A stretch of 64,000 bases of DNA from the NCBI GenBank assembly GCA_026936335.1, contig JAPMXV010000046.1, positions 1-64,000 on the forward strand, written 5' to 3'. The stretch is from Mantamonas sphyraenae STR306 (Eukaryota > Protista > CRuMs). The notes below the pieces were generated by a model. The model did not search any database. It was given only the letters and a program-made list of their open reading frames with translations, and was not told where the DNA came from. This document shows positions 32,233 to 45,200 of the stretch, piece after piece. How positions within the stretch are numbered: the stretch's first letter is position 1; each line of letters opens with the position of its first letter. The translations under genes were made by a program, and so were the position numbers.

Positions 32233-35200
32233 ATGGCCGGCGACAACGTGGAGCCTCTGGCGTTGGACGCGACGCAGGGAAATGTAAACAATGAAACCGA
32301 AGCAGCATACATGTCCGACAATGTCTCTGTGGACGACGAGGATGTCCACGGCATCGAGGTGGACGACGTCGAGCTCGATGCCCAAAACGACGCGGCCGAC
32401 TCGCCCAAACCCACCTCCAGTCTAGGCTCCATGGAAGGCAGTGGCACCTCCCTCTCCATGGACATCAGTGACATGAGCGCGCACATGGCCGACGTCGTCG
32501 TAGCTGCCCAGCAGAAGCAGCTCGATGACGGCGAGAAGCCCTTTGTGAGTGTGCCAACGATTTCCCGCCCAGCCTCCGCCTTTCCTTCTTGGCCTCCCAC
32601 CCCCTACACTGCGCCACTCCTGCCCCTCTGTCCCGTTTCCTCGACCTCATTCCTTCTGCCTTCCACCCTCCCCCTGCTTGCACCTTTTCTCCCTTGTGTG
32701 CCTGTCCCCCTCGCGGCCACCCGGCCCTGCTTCGAGGGCAAATCCGAGAATGCAACTTCACCGCAAACTTTCCGCTGACACCTGTAAAAACACACCGGCC
32801 GCCATTACTCCCGCCCCTGCCTCGCCCACTTCAGACCACCGAGTACTATGCCGCTCGCTCCCTCTACCTGTTTCCTCTCGAGAACCCGTTCCGCAGGCTT
32901 ATGATCCGTGTGTCGGAAAGCACCCGTTTCGACCAGCTGATCATCTTTTTCATCCTCGCAAACTGCATCTTCCTCGCGCTCTTTGACCCCCTTGACAAGG
33001 ACCCAAACTCGGAGCTCAACCGAACCCTTGACATATCCGAACAGATCTTTGCCGTCGTCTTTCTCATTGAGGCCGTCATCAAAATCATCGCCTTTGGCTT
33101 TGTCATGGACAAAAAGAGCTACCTCCGCGATCATTGGAACAAGCTCGACTTTGTCATCGTCGTCACCGGCATGTTTGTCTTTACCTCTCTCGAAGGCAAC
33201 TACACAGCCCTCCGCACCTTGCGTGTGCTCAGGCCCCTCCGAACCATCACACATGTCCAAGGTACGACCTCGCCCACGCGCAATTCGTCCTGCCTTTCCC
33301 TCCCGCTTCCAGTCCCACCCTTCACCCAACACACGTCGCACACACCTCCTAACCCACACTCACGCCTGCGCTTCCCGTCCATCCCTCCATCCATCCCCAT
33401 TGTCCATCTCTCCCACAGGCATGAAGGTCCTCGTCAACTCGTTGCTCGGTTCCTTGCCCATGCTCGCCGATGTCCTCATCCTCTGCGCCCTCCTTTTCTT
33501 TGTCTTTGGCATCCTTGCCATCCAGCTCTTTAGCGGCAAACTCCTCTACCGATGTCAGGATGTCAACACAGGCGCGTGGATCGACGAGGATCGCACATGC
33601 AACCCCAACCCCAACGAAGAAGGGTACAAGTGCGGCGGCGACCCTGCCCAGCGCTGCGCCTACTACGGCTCGAACCCCAACTTTGGCATCACAAACTTTG
33701 ACAACATCGGCTTCTCCTTCCTCACCATCTTCCAGTGCATCACCCTCGAAGGCTGGACCGATGTCATGTACCTCACCATGGACGCAACCTCCGACTTTGC
33801 CTTCCTCTACTTTGTTCTCCTCATCATCATCGGCTCCTTCTTTGTCATCAACCTCGCCCTCGCTGTCGTCAACTCCACCTTTAGCGATCTGCAAAAGACC
33901 CGACGTGAAGAGGACGCAAAGGCCGCCGACAGCTCCGCCGCACAGGAACAGGACGAGTCATTCATTGGCAAGGCCTTTGCCAACATCGCCTGGTACTTCC
34001 GCCCTCCCGACAAGGATCACACCTTTTGGCTCAAGGAAAAGGCTCCCGTCCTCGTCCAGCGCACACGCGCCCTCGTCGACTCGCGCTTCTTCCAGACCTT
34101 TATCATCGCAAGCATCCTCCTCAACACCCTCACCATGGCTATGCAGTACTACGGCCAGCCCAAGGCATATGGTGAAGCCCTCGAGGGCGTCAACCTCTTC
34201 TTCACCATCGTTTTCATGTTTGAAATGGCCATCAAGCTCGTCGCCATGGGCCCTCACGAGTATGTCAGCGACTCCTTCAACCTCTTTGATGGCACCCTCG
34301 TCATCATCAGCATCATCGAACTTGGCGTCAGCGGAGGCCAAGGTGCAGGAGGCCTCGGTGTCCTCCGTACCTTCCGCCTCCTCCGCGTCTTCAAGCTCGT
34401 CCGCTCCTGGGAAGGCCTCAACAAGCTCCTCAACACCATCGCAAAGAGCCTCGGCGCTCTCGGCAACTTCACATTCCTCCTTCTCCTCTTTATGTTCATC
34501 TACGCCATCCTTGGCATGCAGCTCTACGGCGGCACCTTTGTCTTTGAGGGGCAGGAGCCCAGCCGTGCCAACTTTGACTCCCTCCTCTGGAGCTTTGTCA
34601 CCATCTTCCAGGTTCTTACCGGTGAGGATTGGCAGACTATCATGTGGGATGGCATCCGTGCCACCGACCTCTCTGCCGTCATCTACTTTGTCTCCCTCTT
34701 TGTCCTCGGCAACTACATGATCTTCAACCTCTTCCTCGCCATCATCCTCGACGAGTTTGCTGAGCAGCAGCGCATCGAGGCCGAAGAAAAGAAGCGTCTG
34801 CGCGAGCTCAACCCGCCTGCACGCAAGAAGAAGCGCAGCCTCGTCAACAAGCTCCGCAGCAAGGGCTCCTCTGCTTCCAAGACGGCCCAGCCACAGTCCC
34901 TCGAAATGACACGCATCGGCGAGGCCGACACTCCCGTCACCTCCACCCTTGACCAGCCCGAGGCCTCCTCCGACCCGTCTGCCGACAACGACGACGAAGT
35001 GGACGACAACGACAACGACGACGCCTCTGACTCGGCCGACGTCGACGCTTCCCCCTCTGCTTCCCCCTCTGCCTCGCCTCTCCCTGCACACATGCGTGCA
35101 GAGCGCGACTCTGCCAGGTATTCCCGTTCCTCCTCGACTGCCTCGGACGCCTCGGGAAAGCCTTCCAACCACCTTGGCAACCTCTCCCGCTCCAGCACCT

Positions 35201-37758
35201 CCTCCTCCCTCCGTTCCGCAGCAGACGATTCGGTCGCTGCCTCCAGTGCCAACGACCTCCTTCGATACCCTCCCCCTTCGGGCAAGGCCTTCCTTGTCAT
35301 CCCTTCCGACTCGGTTGTCCGCGAGTATGCCTACCGCATCGTCAAGCACAAGTACTTTGAGTGGCTCATCTTTCTCTTTATCTTTATCTCCAGCATCAAC
35401 CTCGCCATCGAAAACGTACGTGCCCCGCCCCGCCCCGCCCATCCCACCTCCCCTCATCCCCACTTTCCCACTCCCGTCCGTTCCCTCCGGCAACCTTACT
35501 AACCCCCCTTCCCTCCCTCCCCCTCTCCTTCCCTTTCCCAACAGCCCGCTTTCGACCCCGCTTCACCAGTCATGCAGGCCCTCCGTGTCATGGACATCAT
35601 CTTCATCATCGCCTTTGTTATCGAAATGCTGCTAAAGATGATCGCCTTTGGCTTTGTCCTCGGCGAAAACTCCTACCTCAGGGACAACTGGAACAAGCTG
35701 GACTTTTTCATCGTCATCATCTCCATCGTCTCGTTCTTTGTCTCCTCGGGCGAGCTCAAGGCCTTCCGTGCACTGCGCGCCCTCCGTGCTCTGCGTCCCC
35801 TCCGCCTCGTCGCCCGCTCCCAGGGCATGAAGGTTGTCGTCAACGCACTCATCCTCTCCGTGCCCAAGATCACAAACGCAGTCGCCGTCTCCCTCCTCTT
35901 CTGGCTCATCTTTGCCATCCTCGGCGTCGAAGTCTTTGGCGGCCGCTTCTATTCCTGCAATGACGACTCGGTCATGAACCGTGCGCAGTGCACAGGCACC
36001 TTTGGCGCAGACAACACAACTCGTGTCTGGTCAAACCCGCCGTACTCATTCGACAGCACTCCGGTCGCCATGCTTACTCTTTTCGAAATCTCCACTCTTG
36101 AGGGCTGGCTCGAGGTCATGTACAGCGGCGTTGACGCCGTTGGCGTCGACCAACAGCCGCAGAAGGACCACCAGGTTGGCTTTGTGTTTTTCTTCATCGC
36201 CTTCATCATTGTCGGTTCCTTCTTCATCGTCAACATCTTTGTCGGCGTCGTCATCGACACCTTCAACCGCATCAAGGGCGAGATCGACGGCAACCTCCTC
36301 CTGACTCCGTCTCAAGCAGAGTGGCTCAGCGCACAGAAGCAGGCCTGCCGCATGAAGCCCATCAAGTTCAAGAAGCCGCCCCGCGACAAGTGGCGACAGC
36401 CGTTCTTCCACTTCCAGAACCACATTTACTTTGAGTACTTCATCATGGGCTGCATTGTCGTCAACGTCATTGTCATGGCCTGCGAGCACTACCCCATGAC
36501 CAAGCAGTTCCAGCAGAGCCTCAACGACGCGAATCTCGTCTTCAGCTGCGTCTTCATCGTCGAGGCCGTCATCAAGCTCATCGGCCTCTACCCCAAGCGC
36601 TACTTCAGCGACGGTTGGAACCGTTTCGACTTTTTCATCGTCGTCACCTCCATCATTGACATGGCCGTCGACGTCGGCGTCGGCGCTTCGCTCTTGCGTG
36701 TCATCCGCATGAGCCGCGTCACACGCATTTTCAAGCTCGTCCGCTCCCTTCAAGGCCTGCAAACCCTGCTCAAGACCCTCTACTTCTCCCTGCCCTCTTT
36801 GTGGAACGTCGGCTCCCTTCTCTTCCTGCTCTTCTTCATCTTTGCTGTTCTCGGCGTCAACCTCTTTGCCGGCATCAAGCACGGCGACGCTCTCAACGAC
36901 CACGCAAACTTTGACACCTTTGGCACCTCCATGCTCACTCTCTTCCGCGTCTCCACCGGCGAGGCATGGAACTCTCTCATGGTCGACATGCGCGTCCAGC
37001 CTCCGGACTGCGACCCGGCCGCAAACAACTGTGGCTCGGAGCTCGCCCCTGCCTACTTCATTGTGTTTATCATCGTGGTCTCCTTTGTCATGCTCAACCT
37101 CTTTATCGCCGTCATTCTCGAGCGCTTCGATGACACCCAAGACGCCGAGAACAGGATCATCAAGGACGACGATCTGGAGAACTTCCGTGAGAACTGGGCC
37201 AAGTTTGACCCCAAGGCCACAGAGTACATCGACTGTACTGTGCTTCCGCACTTTCTGCGTGCTCTTGGTCCGCCTCTTGGCGTGCCCAAGAACGCAAGCG
37301 AAAAGACTTGCCTTCGCGTCGTCGCCAACCTGCAGATCCCGGTCAACATGCAGAACAAGGTCACCTTTGTCGAAGTCCTGCAGGCGATGATGGCTCGCGC
37401 CTACCCGTCCATGGATATCGCTTCCATTAGCGACCTCAGCTCCGTGAAGGAGGTGATCACACTGTTTCAAAAGATGGACAACCGCGAAGAGAAGCAAGCC
37501 TTTGACGCAGCCACCATCCATGCTGTGGCCATGCTCCAGAAGGCTTGGCGCAAGCGCAAGGCCATGCGCTCTGGATCAGCCTCCCAGGACGAGGACAAGG
37601 TGCCTATCATGACTGACAACGGCGTCGTCATGATGACCCTCCAAGAGGCAGAGGAGTACAAGATGTCCCGCCGTCGTAGCATCATGCCTCGTCGCATGTC
37701 TGTCCGTCGCGACAACTCGGGTGCAGGCACAGGAGCCGGCACTGGAGCAGCAAAGTGA
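32233..37758 (+). CDS. Four-domain voltage-gated Ca2+ channel alpha-1 subunit (EEEE filter)
   Basis: Exons 32233-32544, 32835-33261, 33419-35415, 35545-37758. Four S4 Arg repeats; pore loops TLEGW/TGEDW/TLEGW/TGEAW; EF-hand-like region and IQ-like LQKAWRKRK. Confidence 0.96.
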
Positions 37759-37808
37759 GCGAAAAAATTGAATCCACATCCAGTTTTCTTTCTCCATCCC
37801 GTTCCACC

Positions 37809-39215
37809 TCAATCGCCGTCGATGCTCACGCAGTACGTAATGGCCTTGAGCAGCTTGTCACGCATCACCTCCTCTGTCGAGTACTCGGGCAAGTCCAGCG
37901 TAAAATAGCACGTGTGTGCCTCTGGCAAACTTTCGTCCGCTCCGTACAAGTTGCTGATCTCCATTTTGTCGCTCCACGATGCGTCTGCGGGTGGCAACGA
38001 AGTGCGCCCCCATACAAAGCGCAGGTACTGCTGGCGTTGTTCAGCGGTGAAACTGGCCAACACACGCCAAAAACGCTGAATCACGGGCGAGTTGGCACTG
38101 TATCCACTGTACCGCGTGTGTTGTTTCAACAGCGCCAGATCCACGTCTGCTTTGCCCACCACCAGACTGCACAGATCGCGCCACGTCAGCAAAGAGAAGA
38201 ATGTGATCGGCACAATCATCGCAATGCCCCTGCGCACAGCCTGAACCTGTGCGTTGAATTCGTTCAAGCGCACCTGCACGCTTCGCTCAACAAACTCCTC
38301 CCTGTTGGCCAAGGTCACACGTCGGGTCGCTCCATGAGGCACCAGCTCCTGCACGCTGCCGTCACTCAGAGTCACTGCAAACACCTCTGTGATCATCTCT
38401 CCAAACTCCTCCTCGCTCACGCTGCTGGCGTCCACCTCCAAGATGCCCCGGTGGCACTGCACCAGCATCTTGTCGTACGTCTCCAGGTCTCGTGCTTCCA
38501 GCTGTTCGTCCACAAGCAACTTGTACATCACAGGCGCCAGGCTGATTTCAATCGGGTTTTGCGTCCTCAGGCAAATGCCCAGCAGGACTCCTACCGCCTG
38601 AAACATCTGCAGATGCTCTTCAGACCGCAGGCTCGGGTTAAACACAAATGCCTCCTGGTGCAGGCCCTGTTTGAACTGTTGGTTGGGCGACGGGATCAGA
38701 AGGTTCACGTGTTCGCTCTGCAGCTCCTTCACCAGCATTGTCAGCGACTCACGGTACGGACCTCCTTCGTCAATACTGTGCTCTCCAACAAAGTCCACCT
38801 CCCACGCGCGCCTCGATCCGCGCCATTTGCGCATTTTGCTCCCGTTGCTCAATAACGACTTTGTCAGCTGCCCGATCAGCGATGCGCGCAGCGTCTCCTC
38901 GCTCGCCTCCTTTTCCTGTGCCTCATTGGCTGCAATTCTGTTCATCACCACGCTCGGCCGTCCTCCGGACCCCTTGGTTGCCTTCAATGCAGTCTTCCAC
39001 AGTTTCAGCTTCAGCTGCGGAAACAACATCCCGCGCAGTTGTTCCAGCGAGTGTGCCATGCTTCCTTCCGATGTGATCTTGGAAAAGTCCACAAACTGCA
39101 CCACGCTCTCCACGCTCTGATTCAGCACTTGCAGAATCGTCAGGCGTTCCTGCACAAACTCGTGCCCATTCACCCGTCCCACAGGCGTCCCTCTGTCGCA
39201 TCCACCGCCGTCGAG

Positions 39216-39271
<56 letters not shown>

Positions 39272-42200
39272 TGACGACGCCTCAGCCGCATCCACTGCCC
39301 CGCTCATTCCAAACAGCCGCAGGAGCTCCGATCCGCCTCGCAGGAGTTGCTCGTTGCTTGGTGTAAAGGACGACGCGTCCACCATCATCAAATTCACATC
39401 TCCTTCATCGATCAGCTTCTTTTGGTCCTGATCCTCTTGAACAGCGTTCTCTTGCTCTTCCAGAAGCTGTTCAAGGTAGAACCGCTGAGCGCATTGGACG
39501 AGAGCTTCATCTGCAGCAGCACTCACCTGCATGTGCCGCTCCACAGCAGCTTCGTATTTGCTTCGGTTCATCGATTGCATCTTTTCCGCTTCAGCGTCTG
39601 TGAGGCTCAATGGTGTCGCCACCAAGTGCATGCCAAACTCCTTCCCGCGTCCAGCCTCGTCCATGCGCATCGATGCCATTGTCATTCCCTGCACCTGCAC
39701 AGTGTCGTCGTATTGGTACACCGTCGCCGCAGGGTACAAATCCTGCGCATTCAGCTTTGCGTCTGCGTTGCGCATGACCGAGTCGAAAATGCCCGGGAAC
39801 GGCGTTCCGTTCACGCTCACTCGCACTTTGTTCTTGTTCATGTCCAGTGTCATCACAACCTCCTTTCGCCTGTCCGATTCGAAGGTGCACTTGCTCTTCC
39901 ACTTTGTCTTGCCCTTCACCATCACCTTGCCCGACCCGAACCCGATGCCCATATTGCCACGGTCGCGTCCCAACTGCTTTCCGCGCTTGTGAGCCAGCGT
40001 GGTGAATCCCACTGCCACGCTGCTCGAAGTCGCTTCCACAATGAACTTGACACTGTGCACGCCATCGCGAGGCAACGGCTCTTGACACACCCCCATCATG
40101 TACGAGTAGTCGTAGTCGTCTTCGTTGTTGTGGCGAATCACGTTTCCGCCTTGCTCGATCGTCAAGCCACTGTAGCCGCCGTGCGCACCGCCCGAGGACA
40201 AATTGGCATCAAACGTAAGTGTGCTGCGGCAGGGAAAGTGCACGTATGCGCGCGACGACTCCACCAACAGCTTTCGCTTCTCCGCTTCGCTGCTGTCCAA
40301 ATCCAACGAACCCAGAATCTGAGATCCGGCCTTGTCCAGCGACACACAAGCAAATACTCCCTTGTCCGCCATGCTCTCCTTCTGCAGCTCCAGGGTCATT
40401 GTGCGAGCACCTTTGATGGCCACCGCATACGTGCGTGTGCGTTTGATGTACGGGTGGGCGCTGTGGATTTCGCTGCGCATGCGATGCAGGTATTGCTTGC
40501 CCAGTGCAGAGCCAATCACCTGCAGAGACAACTTGCGATCGTGTGCCAGCGAATGCATCATTTGACTTGCTTCCTGCACCTGTCGGAACCACAGTCCCAG
40601 TTCTGCGTCCATGCTCGCTGCCTGCGACATTTTCTGCTCCAGCGACTTTCCTGCCGCCACATATCCACTCAAAATCTGCAGCAGCGGTGTCATCTTGTTC
40701 TTCTTGTTGAATCGCGAGTACTCGGTCTTGACCCGTTCCTGCATGTGACTCAGATCCACACCCTCCGCAACAAATTTGCGCCCGCTTGATGCTTCGCCGT
40801 CCTCCTCGTCCTCCTTGCTCTCCTTTGCGTTCAACACGTACAGCGGACTTTCGCAAAGCACCTGCACATGCGCCATGTTTGCTGCACGTGTCATCAACAG
40901 CTGACCGGCCGTCAGCAGACTCAGATACACGTCTGACAATTCGTCGCCGCTCTTGTCCAGTACCTGCGACATCAGCACACTCAAACTGTTCAGCACCAGC
41001 CGCATATGTGCCTCGTGCATCACCCGTGCTTTCAAAAGGACGTGCACCAACCAGTCTGCAAACTTCCAACTGGGCTCTTCCAATGCCTCCAGCTCGTTTG
41101 CCTTCAGGCTTCGCTTCTCCACACTCTTCAGGTATCCTTCTCCCACCAAGCGGTTCACATTGGTCTTGGGGTCTTGCAGCAGCTGCGATGGTCCTTCTTT
41201 CATCGCAATGGCAGCACGCCTTGACGCCATCACCTCCCGCAAGCGCCAATCGCCGCAGACAATCCCACCCGACCCGGGCGTTTGGATGTCATATGCTGTA
41301 CCGAGCATATGTGCACAACACTCGCCCACCACCAAGTCTATCATATTGGGTCCCGCCTGTTGCAATCGAGCAACGAGTACCTCTTCCAAGTCGTTCACCA
41401 TAGTTTCTGTGCCATCTGCCTCGCGCACCGCGTACTTGGCCCGCGACAGCTGCATCTCCAGCTGCACCTCTCCACCCGAATCTGCGCTTACCTTGCCCAC
41501 CACCACCTTGCACACATTCAGCAGCGCAGACGGCGAGCTCAGTTCCACCTGTTGTTCCGTATCGCGCTTGTTCAGCAGACGCACAAGAGCCTCACGCGCT
41601 TCCAGCGCGTGTTGGTCCAACAGCAGCTGCGCATACGTTGCACGGCTGCACATGAGCCAGTCGCCCGCCGGTGCACGCAGCCGCGCCTCCAACTGTTTCA
41701 CAACTTGACTCCCAGCTCGTGCTTTGACAAAGGTGTTGACCATTGCAAACGCAGGCGCCTTGCCAAGCCTCTTTAGCGACTCGTCCGACCCTTCGCCATC
41801 GCTGTCCTCTTCGCTTTCTGACTCGTCGCTTTCGCTCGAAGAGTAGTCGCTTTCAGACTCATCACTGTCCTCGTCCGAGTCGTCCTCGTCGTCGCTTTCC
41901 GAAAAGTCCTCGCTCTCCGAATCATCGCTGTCCTCGTCATCATCTTCCGAACGCTGGTGTGCTCGTTCCAAACTCTTGTCCTTTCCCTTGGCGATTGCGC
42001 TCTCTGCGATCCCGTCTGCGATCCCATCTGCAGCCGACACTTTGTCGTCGTCACCTGCCACAGTCGCTGCCAGTTCAGCCAAGCGCGCCTCGACCTCCTC
42101 CACCATATTTGCGTGCTTAACACCCACCCGTTCTTCCACTGTGGACAAGGCCTGCTGAACAAACCCAAAATCAAACTTTCCGGGGAGACCTTCCCTGCGC

Positions 42201-45200
42201 CTCGCCATCAGCTCCTCGCCAATCTCTGTCCACAGCGCATCTCCCACCAACTCTTTCACCAGCACACAGTCCGCCATGGAGTCAAGGTCATCTCCTGCGC
42301 GCACATCCATGGTCAGCTCGGTCTTCTCGGCAACACTTTCCGCTTTGTCGTCGTCGTCGTCACTGTTGTACTTCCTGATGCGCTTGCCCCTGGACTTTTT
42401 CTTCGCCTTTCTGAACTTGCTTCCTCGGCCACTCTTGCTGTCATCCATTGAGTCGTTCGTGCTCAAGTCCACGTTCACCTTGGCCTTGCCCTTCTTGTCA
42501 GCGTCCTTGGCCGCCGGCTCTTCGCTTTCCTTTGTGTACATCGCCCTGCCCATTGACTTGCCATCCAACTCCACCCACTCAGTCGCGCCACTAAGCCAGG
42601 TCTTGAACGACCCGGGCGTGCTCAATAGCTGGCCAGAGCCCTCCGAGAGCGTGAGGTGTAACCCTGCGCAGGGCATAAACAGGGCCGCCGACACGTCCAC
42701 CTTGTCCACGCCTGCGTGCTCTGCGCCTCTTTCCACACGTACCTCGTCCACTATCACGCGTCCTTGCACTCCCTGGCGTACTCGCGTGTTCTGCATTCCT
42801 GCGGGCAGCTCGGATTCATGTGCTTCCTCGCCCTCGTTGCTGGATGGCGCTGACGAAGACGACGACGACGCACCTGCATCACCGACATCCTCGTTCTCAC
42901 CGTCTTTCAACTCGAGAACGTTCACCGTCTCCTCCTCCTCACTCTTGTGTTCATCGCCTGCCGCATCTGTCGGCTCAGAGAGGCCTTTGGCCTCATCTTT
43001 CGTGTCGTCCTTGGCCTCATCTTTGGTCTCGTCCTTGGCCTCATCGTTGGCCTCGTCCTTGGCCTCATCCTTGGCGATATCTGCGGCAACCTCCACTCCA
43101 CCAAGGACCCAGGTTCGATCAAATGTGCCGATGCATTGTTTGCATGCTTCGCTGGAAGCACTCGTCCCATTCACGGACAAATGCCACTTCTCATCTTCAT
43201 ACACACACGCAACATGCAGCCACTGACCCAACTGCTCCTCTTTGAGCTCCACACAGGCGGTCGCAGCCGTGGCTCCACTTCCATCCTGCTCCGTTTGCTT
43301 CTCCGCATCCTGCTGGTTGTTCGCATCCGCTTCCTTGGGCTTGGTCTCATCAGCCAGACTCCCCTGGGTCTGCCCGTCCGTTTCCTCTTCATGCACCTCG
43401 TGCCCCTTCACAGAAAGTACTTCGTTGCCACCCACCACAAAGCCGTTCTCGATGCGCACAAAAACACGTTCGTTCTGGTCTACGTCAATCTGGCTCAGCA
43501 CGTACTGCGCCTCCCGACACTCCAGCACCGACTTGTCCTCAATGCAGATGCGCACCTGCATGCACATCGGCTCGTCGTCACCCGTTCCATTCTGTCCCTT
43601 CGCCAAGTCAGGTTGCACAACCGCGTACGTGTCCTCGCCCGTCAGAGCCACGCCATACCATTGCTGGTCATCTACAACCACTGTACTCTCGAATCCATCA
43701 CCGCTGGTCAGCGAAAGCCTGCCGGTGGCGTCTGACAATTGCAGCAGCACATCACACTCAGGCTCCGGCAGCACCCGCACATTGTGGTGCACACATTCCC
43801 CAATGTAGGTCATGTGCATCTCCTGGTTGCTTTGCAGTTGCACCTTCTGCGTGCCCCCTTCGTCCTTGAGGACCATGCGCGATGCTTCCAGCTTTCCGCT
43901 TCCTTTTCGTTGCACGTACACACGCACACCGTCAATGCCCCTTGCCTTCATGCGGCTCCACGTATCCAGATCACGGGCTTCGAAACCTTCTGTGCCCAAG
44001 GCATCACCTCGAACTTCGCTCAGCATCACGTGTGCTGGTGTTGCGTGTGTTGACGCCGCTTCCGAGGCTGTGGTCACCACCCCTGCCACACTGCGGCCTG
44101 CACATGTCTCAAGCTGGTACGTGATCAGTGGGCTGGCCACACTTCCGTTCACCGTGATGTACATCCACATCAAGCTTGGTTCCACAACAAAGCCCACCAC
44201 ATCTCCGACCTTCCAAACGGGCAGGCGGGGCTCATCCAGATCTGTTCCAGCGAGCCCACTCGCACTGCGGTACCCCGGGCCACACAGCAGGCGCCCGTCG
44301 CTCGAATACATCACGTCCACCTGACTGCTGGCCTTGTTATCCTCCACCTCGCCGTACATGTTGCCCACCCATGCAATCCAGGCCGTCTGTTCGTTGCCCA
44401 CACTCAACTCATCCACACGCACTTGGACTTGGACGCGTGTGCGATTCATCCACTCTACAGGCGATCCCATGTCATAGTCGGCAGTCGCGACGTGGGCAGC
44501 GTACTGCTTGCGGCTGCGCTCCCAAATCCTGGCGTACCAACACGTGAAACCGTCCGAGCCCTTGCCCTTTGGCACGTAGCACAAGTCATCTGCTTTGTGG
44601 AAACGTCGTGCACACGTTTCGCAGACCACGCCCATCAGTCGGGATGAATAGTACCCGCTGGGCAGCTTGCGTTCCTGCGAATCCTTTGCTCCGTTACCAG
44701 GCACCACACCCACACACGCATCAGCGTACACATCCCTCACAAGGACATCCATGGTCACAGGCACATGGGAACTCCAGTATGCGCTCGTTGCACAGTCTGA
44801 CGACCCACTATCCGCGTTGTCCCCTTGCTGGGCTGCCTTCCACACGCCCGACGCAACTTTGCACATCTCGCGATCCCACTTGCCATGTTCCATTACACGC
44901 AGCATGTACCCATCCTCAACTGTGTGTCGCATGCGTTCTCCACATTCCCCCATGACCCGTTGCAGCAGCACCACCTCCCTCTGAAGGGCTTCGGTCTCTG
45001 GAAATGCGTCCGTGCCCACGGAACACACTGCCAACCCTGCAAGCACGTCGGCCACGCCTTCCCGTACCAACAATTGCATGTTTCCTTGCAGTTCCAACAT
45101 CGCGGTTACCACGCCAATTGCTGCTCGCTGCTTCACCAGCAGCTCCAAATCAACCGCGGCCTCATTCAAACACGCCACGGTGTCCCACGCGATCGGTTTG

